Below the pieces are notes generated by a model. That model was not told where the DNA came from. It worked only from the letters and a program-made list of their open reading frames with translations, and searched no databases. 64,000 bases of DNA from a virus (taxonomy: Duplodnaviria; Caudoviricetes). The stretch spans positions 1,898-65,897 of the IMG/VR virus record IMGVR_UViG_3300023081_000014, one strand, 5' to 3'. Made by a program: the position numbers and the translations under genes. Positions 48,354 to 55,177 of the stretch are shown here, piece by piece. The stretch's first letter is position 1, and each line of letters begins with the position of its first letter.

Positions 48354-49478
48354 TTAAGGCAGTGGATTGCCATTGTCTAATTGTAACTTCTCAAGTAAAT
48401 TAGTGCAACTAAAATAATTGTCATTTAGATGAGTAGTAAGTTTATTTAGGTCAACAAGATAGTTTTCATAATTTTCCATATAGTCAATTATGCGTTCAAC
48501 TACCTTGTCTTTGTGTTCTTTGTATGCGTTAAAAGATTCTGTCCATTCACTTGGATACAAAAACTTACCTGTGTTCTCCATTTCAGTATAACTTAATCTA
48601 TCTGGAACCATAGGTAATGTTCCTACAACTGCACCTTCATACCAACTAATACCAAGTGTTTCTTGTAGGTTAGCACTAAAGATAAGTTTTGCTTCTCCTA
48701 GTGCATTATAGTATTCTTTCTTTGTATAGTTCTTTTCCATACAAATTTCAAATTCATATTGTGGTAAACTTTCTTTTAGATCACGGAATATTTCTGGTTG
48801 TTTCTCTGGAGCAACACGATGCGGAAATAATATAAGATTACGCTTTTGCATATTCTTGTATGGTTCTAGTTCTAGTCGCTCATACTCCATAGGCCATCCG
48901 CAACGTACAATCTTGCCATTGCTATAACGTTCATTCCACATTTCATCATACCACGGATTTTCTTCTTTAAGTCCGTCGTTAAGTAATTCGTCAAAGAACA
49001 GTTTTACATGAAACTCTGTAGCAAAGTAATTGTGATCATAACTGTGAAAGAAACTTTTTTCAGCATTTCTAACCCATGGTGCATTACCTATAAGTCTACC
49101 TAAAAAGTCCTGTGGATCATATGAACCTGCATGCCAAAGTGCGTGTGTTGTTACCTTAATGCCTAGCAGTTCACTCATATACTTGATGTTAATAATACCA
49201 GGATGCCAAGCATCAGTAAAGATAACATGATCACCACTTTGAACTTTGCCTGTAGTAAATGCTCTACTAATTTGCTCTACTTGACTTGCTTTGTAGATAT
49301 TAGTACCACCAAAGTTTAAGAAAGCACCTGGTGTAGTTGCCGCTGGAATATCAGTTGGCCCTTCAATAACAAATACTTCGTGGCCTTTCTTGCGTAGTAA
49401 TGCTGGAAAATAAGTTTTCCATTCTTTAGTGTAGCGTGTTTCTACACTTTCTAAATCTATTAACCAAATTCTAGCCAT
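48354..49478 (-). CDS. GT-B (GT4-like) glycosyltransferase
   Basis: C-terminal LFPHRVAPEKQPE...IFSANLQETLGISWYEG...PMVPDRLSY matches the R..K / E-x7-E pattern of retaining GT4 enzymes. Confidence 0.78.
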   Translation of the reverse strand: MARIWLIDLESVETRYTKEWKTYFPALLRKKGHEVFVIEGPTDIPAATTPGAFLNFGGTNIYKASQVEQISRAFTTGKVQSGDHVIFTDAWHPGIINIKYMSELLGIKVTTHALWHAGSYDPQDFLGRLIGNAPWVRNAEKSFFHSYDHNYFATEFHVKLFFDELLNDGLKEENPWYDEMWNERYSNGKIVRCGWPMEYERLELEPYKNMQKRNLILFPHRVAPEKQPEIFRDLKESLPQYEFEICMEKNYTKKEYYNALGEAKLIFSANLQETLGISWYEGAVVGTLPMVPDRLSYTEMENTGKFLYPSEWTESFNAYKEHKDKVVERIIDYMENYENYLVDLNKLTTHLNDNYFSCTNLLEKLQLDNGNPLP

Positions 49479-49713
49479 TTTTATTTGCCAACCCTAGTAA
49501 TGTTAAAATTCTAATATCATCATATTTTATTATTATAGCATCATCCATGTTGTCATTCCAACCTTGATCATCCCAAATAAAGTCACGTCCGTAGACGTAG
49601 CCGTGAATGCCAAGCATATTACATACTTTGCCAACTGCGTCTACGGTCGTGTAGTTCGCATTTAAAGCACCACCTTCAACTGAATTGCCATAAGCATCAG
49701 TTTGGTAAGGCAT
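49471..49713 (-). CDS. Small hypothetical protein (start revised to MPYQTD)
   Basis: C-terminal part of the 49471..49896 track ORF; the ATG at 49713 abuts the upstream gene's stop. Confidence 0.55.
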   Translation of the reverse strand: MPYQTDAYGNSVEGGALNANYTTVDAVGKVCNMLGIHGYVYGRDFIWDDQGWNDNMDDAIIIKYDDIRILTLLGLANKNG

Positions 49714-49714
49714 C

Positions 49715-49948
49715 CTAGTGCTGTGTTCTGCGATTTTTAAAGCCACGGTTCTTTTGAACACGGTTCTTTGCCTTCCTAGGATTGCCACGATTTTCGTAGG
49801 CTCTCCATTCTCTACATTTCTTATCGTAGAGATACTTCTCATTAAACACAAATCCTTCAAAGCGACAAAAATCGCGGAAAGATTCCAAGTCATCAAAGAT
49901 TTTTACAATCTCTGGATGTTTTGCAAAATATGACTCAGTCACCGTCAT
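49715..49948 (-). CDS. Small hypothetical protein
   Basis: AGGAG SD; IFDDLESFRDFCRFEG..FNEK.LY. Confidence 0.7.
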   Translation of the reverse strand: MTVTESYFAKHPEIVKIFDDLESFRDFCRFEGFVFNEKYLYDKKCREWRAYENRGNPRKAKNRVQKNRGFKNRRTQH

Positions 49949-49953
49949 CTCCT

Positions 49954-50379
49954 TTAGTATTTTGCGTACTCGATATGGGCACCGTTCTCGCCATCTTCAC
50001 TGACGTCAATATGAACTTCTCTGCCCGGGTGTTTTTCGCTGATTTTTTCGTATAGATCATCAGCCATCATTTCACAACTTTTATAATCTAGTTCAAGGGT
50101 CTTCTCCTCATAAAGTTTTTCTAACCATCTTTTGAATTGGATAAACTCGATATCTCTGTCGTTGTGTGTTACAGTGATGCCGACTTTGAAATGGAATATG
50201 TGTCTGTGGGGATAACCCAAAAACGAAACATCATATTCATCTCCTGTTGCAAGATTGGGATCTTCCAATGCCGCAGGATACTTGTGGATACCTTCCTTGC
50301 GAAAAGTAACCCAAATCATACGCTTTGCTGTTCTCATAATCTTTTCATGTCTTTCTATGTTAGCCTGTTCTTTTAACAT
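49954..50379 (-). CDS. QueD/PTPS-like T-fold protein, DpdL-like (predicted CDG decarboxylase)
   Basis: T-fold pattern FRKEGIHKY...LGYPHRHIF...IEFIQFKRWL...SCEMMA...VSEDGENGA. Lacks the QueD catalytic Cys before HxH and matches LxxxHRHxF. Start uncertain: frame open to 50463, a promoter lies at 50398-50426. Confidence 0.75.
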   Translation of the reverse strand: MLKEQANIERHEKIMRTAKRMIWVTFRKEGIHKYPAALEDPNLATGDEYDVSFLGYPHRHIFHFKVGITVTHNDRDIEFIQFKRWLEKLYEEKTLELDYKSCEMMADDLYEKISEKHPGREVHIDVSEDGENGAHIEYAKY

Positions 50380-50397
50380 TTGTTCTGTTATACCCAT

Positions 50398-50426
50398 AGT
50401 ATAGTGCCTTTCTTGATCTTTGTCAA
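50398..50426 (-). promoter_or_regulatory. Sigma70-type promoter of the T-fold/GT/folE/yhhQ operon
   Basis: TTGACA-17 nt-TATACT. Confidence 0.7.
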
Positions 50427-51661
50427 TTGTTTTTCCAATTAGTTTGGTTCCAAATTTTACCATTATTAATAAGTGTTACAAACTTTTTGAATACGTTTTT
50501 AATGTAATCTGTTTCAATATTATTTAGGTCGTAAAAACTTAAAAACCAAATTCTAGTATGTTCTGGATTCCACAGTTTATGACTGTTTAAAAAGGTAGAT
50601 AATACCTTGCAGTCGTTGTTCTTAAACTCTGAAAAATCACAGTATAGTATGCTATGATTGTGAGTTACCTTAAATTTTTCTACTTGACGTAAAATATCTG
50701 CTAATTCGTTTATAAATGGTGTAACTTCGTTTATAACTTTATTACCAATATCTTCGTTTACACACTTGTTAATTGTTTCTATTGTTGCTCTAGCACCAAC
50801 ATTGCTTTGGCTTCTTGTATTACCAACTGCAATCGGAAAATTATCCCACATGCTTGTATCGTATGCACTAATAACATCGTGAACGTTATTCTTAATAACC
50901 GTAATTGCAAATGATGCAAACCCTCCCGTAAGTGCTTTACCAAAGCAGATAATATCAGGATCTATACCTTTGCTTATGCTATGAGAAAAATGTCCTATTC
51001 TCCACATACCAGTTAATACTTCGTCGACAATAAGCAAGCAACCCGTTTCTTCTCGTGCTTTTTGAATTTTTTCTAAAACACCATCACTAATTTCACTGAT
51101 ACCTTTGTACCAATTAACAGTATCAATTAAGATACCAGCAAGATCGTTTTTGTGTCTTTGGTATACAGCATCAAAGTCTTCGTCAAAGAAATCAACAAAG
51201 TTTACAGCCGGCCAATCTTTAATCCATTCTTGGTCGTCGGTCATTTGCCAACCAGTAATACTTCCTGAATGAAAACTGCCTTTTCTTACAAGTATCGTAT
51301 GTTTGGGTTTTAGTTTTTTAGTCCAATATCTCCAAGAAAGTTTTAGTGCGTTATCGACACTATCACTGCCTGTAAGTGCAGGAACAAAACCTGAATAAGT
51401 TTCGGGTAATACTTTTTTAAGAGTATCTTCAAGTTCGTACCAAACACTGCTTTTTGTTGTCCAGTCATCGTTAGCAAATTTAAAACTAGTTTCTGCAACT
51501 TTTGCCTGAATATCTGTTTGTGTAAAACCAAATATGTTGCAACCAGTACCTCCACTCATATCATACCATTGTCCGTGTTCACCTATTAAAAAATGCCCGG
51601 ACATTTCCTTGATATGTGTATGTTCGTCTTTAGGTTGCGAAAAAGGATGTATTAATTTCAT
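50423..51661 (-). CDS. Class III PLP-dependent aminotransferase (start revised to MKLIHP)
   Basis: DMSGG; GSDSVDNALKL; SFHSG; LLIVDEVLTGMWRIG; PDIICFGKALTGG (PLP Lys); ATGA overlap with the upstream gene. Confidence 0.88.
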   Translation of the reverse strand: MKLIHPFSQPKDEHTHIKEMSGHFLIGEHGQWYDMSGGTGCNIFGFTQTDIQAKVAETSFKFANDDWTTKSSVWYELEDTLKKVLPETYSGFVPALTGSDSVDNALKLSWRYWTKKLKPKHTILVRKGSFHSGSITGWQMTDDQEWIKDWPAVNFVDFFDEDFDAVYQRHKNDLAGILIDTVNWYKGISEISDGVLEKIQKAREETGCLLIVDEVLTGMWRIGHFSHSISKGIDPDIICFGKALTGGFASFAITVIKNNVHDVISAYDTSMWDNFPIAVGNTRSQSNVGARATIETINKCVNEDIGNKVINEVTPFINELADILRQVEKFKVTHNHSILYCDFSEFKNNDCKVLSTFLNSHKLWNPEHTRIWFLSFYDLNNIETDYIKNVFKKFVTLINNGKIWNQTNWKNN

Positions 51662-52215
51662 ACTATTACTTCTTTTAATAATTCTATTGCAATATCCCAA
51701 TGAATAAATTCTTCTTTATCAATAAACGAAGGAACAATACACAATGTCCATCTACCTTCATCTGTTGGGTTATAGGTACTGTGTAATCTACCTACATTTA
51801 GCAAACTAGGTTTGTTAATTACTTGTTGATAAGTCATGTTGCAATGATGTTCATCAGCAACTAAAATATCTGCTCCGTATTCTGTTCCACCGTTTTTTAA
51901 AAACTTTTCGTCTTTAACACTCCACCAGCGGGTATAACTATTTTCATCCCCCCAAGTAAAGTTAATTTTTACATGGTCATCAAATTTAGGACTATCACAG
52001 TGTATAAAAATTTTATCATTTGGTGCTGTAAAAAATGCTTCTGTATGCATAGATTTTAGTCCTAAACTTTTTAACCATTCTCTTACTTTTACAGGAACAA
52101 ATTTTTCCTTTAATTCAATATGTTGGATTTTGTCAGGATCCTTTTTAAAAATCAAAGGCTTATCTACTTCAAACGGTAGATTTAGATATCTATGATACTT
52201 CTGATGGACTGTCAT
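51658..52215 (-). CDS. 2OG-Fe(II) oxygenase-like / cupin protein
   Basis: IFIHCD (HxD) ... NVGRLHS (distal His) ... RWTLC. Confidence 0.55.
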   Translation of the reverse strand: MTVHQKYHRYLNLPFEVDKPLIFKKDPDKIQHIELKEKFVPVKVREWLKSLGLKSMHTEAFFTAPNDKIFIHCDSPKFDDHVKINFTWGDENSYTRWWSVKDEKFLKNGGTEYGADILVADEHHCNMTYQQVINKPSLLNVGRLHSTYNPTDEGRWTLCIVPSFIDKEEFIHWDIAIELLKEVIV

Positions 52216-52717
52216 TTTCGTACTTTGACCAATCTGTAAATTTATTCCTATCTAACAAGTCGTGTACTTGATGTATCCAAACTCCGGGATTAGAATGTTT
52301 AAAGTCGGCGTCATCTATCTTGATACAAGCATTATAACCGAGTTGGTTAACATACGGAAGTTTTACACTTATCATAGGAATAAAATTATGTCTTTCAGTC
52401 ATTCCTGTTTCAAGGATCCATTCATGATATTTTACATCATAATCTAGTGTAACCAAATATTGTGTTCCTAATTCGGATTTAGCATCAAGCAATCCTAATA
52501 CTAGATCTTCCCAATCTTCTTTGGGTACAAAACTATGGTTCGCACCAAGATAGATATGATCTACATGTTTCTCTTTTGCTTTTTCAAGAACTTCCTCTAA
52601 TGGCCGACAGCCTACCACAAACAGTGTGTCCATATCATATGCTGGAGTTTTTTCTACTTCATAACCTGTGAAGTATATAACATCATCCTTTACACCATCT
52701 GCGTAATCACGCTTCAT
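52190..52717 (-). CDS. Hypothetical protein linked to the transglycosylase (start revised to MKRDY)
   Basis: GGAGG SD before 52717; GYEVEKTPAY..TLFVVG...HIYLGANHSF...KIDD.DF..SNPGVW.H. Confidence 0.7.
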   Translation of the reverse strand: MKRDYADGVKDDVIYFTGYEVEKTPAYDMDTLFVVGCRPLEEVLEKAKEKHVDHIYLGANHSFVPKEDWEDLVLGLLDAKSELGTQYLVTLDYDVKYHEWILETGMTERHNFIPMISVKLPYVNQLGYNACIKIDDADFKHSNPGVWIHQVHDLLDRNKFTDWSKYENDSPSEVS

Positions 52718-52922
52718 CTTGTGCCTCCAATGAAACAATTTCAAGTTCAACTTTCCACATTTCGTCTTTAAGAGCAAGTTTCTTCTTTTTCATTTCAGTT
52801 AAGTATTTGTCTTGTACATTTTCTGCCTCTGCGGCTTCGCATTTTTGATGTTCAAGTGCGTGTTGCTCTTTAAGACTTTGTAGTCTGTTCTTTAGTTTGT
52901 CTATCTTTTCTAAGTTAGTCAT
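52707..52922 (-). CDS. Small coiled-coil protein, DUF465/YdcH-like (start revised to MTNLEK)
   Basis: LKEQHA...LTEMKKKKLALKDEM pattern; GAGG SD. Confidence 0.6.
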   Translation of the reverse strand: MTNLEKIDKLKNRLQSLKEQHALEHQKCEAAEAENVQDKYLTEMKKKKLALKDEMWKVELEIVSLEAQDEA

Positions 52923-52923
52923 A

Positions 52924-54387
52924 CTATACCTCCTCAAATAGGTTTGCATATTGCGTACTAGCATTTACTGTTTTCTTGCCAGTAGCACCTCTAGTGCCAA
53001 TAATTGACATCCAGAATCTTGAAAATTCTTCTATGACCGCTTCGGCTTCATCTCTGTTGTCTGTTGCAAATATTGCTTCCACAACATCTCTAAAAAATAC
53101 CCTGTCAAAGGACTCCTCAACAAGCATTCCTGGAACAACTTTGTTGTCGTATTGCCTGTTTGCTTCTTGCACTGCATTAATGTGACTCCATACGTTATGC
53201 CCCATTTGTATAGCATATGAAAAACTATCCCACGAGGTCTTTCCTTCTTTGCCTATTTTATTTAGGTCGCCCGGAGCATAGATACAAATATCTTTTGCTT
53301 GAAGGTTTTGTGTAATCGGACTGTCCAAGAAACTTCCATGTTTTCCTTCACGTACAAATGCTTGTCCAAATGATGTTGTGTCAGTTGCCAATGCTTTGTC
53401 GTCAATGCTAGGTACCATTCTGTATACCCATTTACTTCTGTCTTGTGTTTCAAGTTCGCAATAGATTTGACCATTTGCTGTTGCTAGGAACGGACTAGCA
53501 CAGTCAAATGTAATCGTAAAGTTTTCATTGTGATACTTGCGAACTGCTCTTTGAATATCTGTAAGCAGAGTTGCCCACTCTAGTTTACTTGTACCCAAGA
53601 AGTGCATAAAGTCATGCTTACCTTTTTCTAACAAGCCATCAAAGCGTAATGCTACCATTCTTTTAAGAACAAGATGCACATCACACATATTCTGACCACC
53701 CATCGACCACCCATTAAAGTGTGTGTCTGGATATTTTTTAGGATCACAATAGTCCTTCATCTGCTGATACCAATCTTCTGCATCAGCATGATTTTCACCT
53801 TGCAATACGTTTAAGAATTTACAACTACCATTTCTATTCTTCATAAAGTAGTCGTTGTTAATGCGTGTGGCATTTACTGCTTCTTGATATGTGCTAATAC
53901 CTGTTGCTTTTACACCTGCAGGCGAACGTGCCACCCAAGCCGGAATATCAAGAATCATTCCATAGTCCATATAAGCGTCCATCCACGCAAGAACTTGCTC
54001 ACGTTTCTTTTTAGCCTTAGGACAATTAGGATCTTTCCAATCACCTTCCCATACGCCTTTACCAATTTGGAATCCACCCGAGTCACCTAGTAGCCAACTG
54101 TTTTCGCGATCACGTTCACGAATCATAAGTTCTTTAGGTGCGTCTTTATTGATATCTAGTTCAGCATGTCCTGCCGAATACAAACTCCAATGATAATTGA
54201 ATAGTCCGTCTTTCTTGTTAAACCAATTAAGACCTTCCATCTCGTTGTTAGGAAAAGGAATACGACTTTTGTCTACATACTCTTCTCTACGTTGTTTGCC
54301 GATGAAAGTCGCATAGAAACCACTGATCGCTGGCAAAAATATAGCGTAGTCTTTTTGTTCTTTTGTTAGATCAGTGTTCAATGTCAT
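52924..54387 (-). CDS. dpdA: tRNA-guanine-transglycosylase-like protein, probable DNA deazaguanine transglycosylase
   Basis: TGT barrel motifs in order: GDSGGFQ, ILDIP, NVLQG, GWSMGG, HFLG (His, as in archaeal TGT/DpdA), FDCASP, HN; clustered with folE and queE. Confidence 0.78.
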   Translation of the reverse strand: MTLNTDLTKEQKDYAIFLPAISGFYATFIGKQRREEYVDKSRIPFPNNEMEGLNWFNKKDGLFNYHWSLYSAGHAELDINKDAPKELMIRERDRENSWLLGDSGGFQIGKGVWEGDWKDPNCPKAKKKREQVLAWMDAYMDYGMILDIPAWVARSPAGVKATGISTYQEAVNATRINNDYFMKNRNGSCKFLNVLQGENHADAEDWYQQMKDYCDPKKYPDTHFNGWSMGGQNMCDVHLVLKRMVALRFDGLLEKGKHDFMHFLGTSKLEWATLLTDIQRAVRKYHNENFTITFDCASPFLATANGQIYCELETQDRSKWVYRMVPSIDDKALATDTTSFGQAFVREGKHGSFLDSPITQNLQAKDICIYAPGDLNKIGKEGKTSWDSFSYAIQMGHNVWSHINAVQEANRQYDNKVVPGMLVEESFDRVFFRDVVEAIFATDNRDEAEAVIEEFSRFWMSIIGTRGATGKKTVNASTQYANLFEEV

Positions 54388-54392
54388 TCTCC

Positions 54393-55124
54393 TTACTTGC
54401 TTTGTGCTGGCAAGATATATTCATAAGTAGCCAAACCACTGTCTACACTAATCTGCATAGCACCTTGATCTGAAAACTTCATTACCTTGTCGCCATCTAA
54501 ACTTAGAATAGCAAGTGTTTGTTGCACTGGCCATGCCCATTCATTTTTAAGGCTACCTGTAACTCCTGTTGCAAATACAAACTCACCTGCGTGTGTGCTT
54601 GCATCACCAAACTTAAACTTAATATCTGTACCATCTGTAATAACAGTAAACACAGTTTCTTCTGCATTTGCAGTTGCCTGCATCTTAAAACGTTGTACGC
54701 TCGATAGTGTCGGCGATACTTCAACGTCCCACTGTGCACCTTTAAACTTAACAGTTTTAAGTTTTTCGTTAATAATCTCTGCGTTCATAAAACGATAGTC
54801 GTTTTTAAAATCGCCTGTTGCATTTTCAAAGTGAATTCCTGTTGGAATTTCTACACCATTTCTGTCCTGATGCACAACATCAATAGTTGCACCATCCTTG
54901 TATTCTGGACACTTCAAATGGATGTCTAGTTTATTTAGGTTAGGCATGCCAAATGTGCCCTTCATTTCTACCTGGGCGTTTTTGGTATTTGCTTGCATGA
55001 TAACAGAGCGATCCTCTGCCATGCTGTCGATACCTGTTTGTGCATCATCACCATTTACCTTAACAATGTTAAGAAAGCCAAGTGCGTGTGTATGTGCAAC
55101 AATGTCTTGTAAAATGTCTTTCAT
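54393..55124 (-). CDS. Probable sliding clamp / polymerase processivity factor
   Basis: 243 aa, beta-rich two-domain pattern ending YEYILPAQ as in clamps; immediately downstream of polB. Confidence 0.55.
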   Translation of the reverse strand: MKDILQDIVAHTHALGFLNIVKVNGDDAQTGIDSMAEDRSVIMQANTKNAQVEMKGTFGMPNLNKLDIHLKCPEYKDGATIDVVHQDRNGVEIPTGIHFENATGDFKNDYRFMNAEIINEKLKTVKFKGAQWDVEVSPTLSSVQRFKMQATANAEETVFTVITDGTDIKFKFGDASTHAGEFVFATGVTGSLKNEWAWPVQQTLAILSLDGDKVMKFSDQGAMQISVDSGLATYEYILPAQSK

Positions 55125-55148
55125 AGTTTTCTCCGTTCCTTATATACT

Positions 55149-55177
55149 ATTATATTTAGAAAATCATTCAAAGTCAA
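55149..55177 (-). promoter_or_regulatory. Sigma70-type promoter of the clamp/dpdA operon with embedded TAAATA
   Basis: TTGACT-17 nt-TATAAT; CTAAATA overlaps the -10 box. Confidence 0.7.

Noticed and set aside
48351-48379. Internal promoter for folE (TAGACA-17-TAACAT)
   Set aside because: Two mismatches to consensus in AT-rich DNA; plausible but not well enough supported to list.
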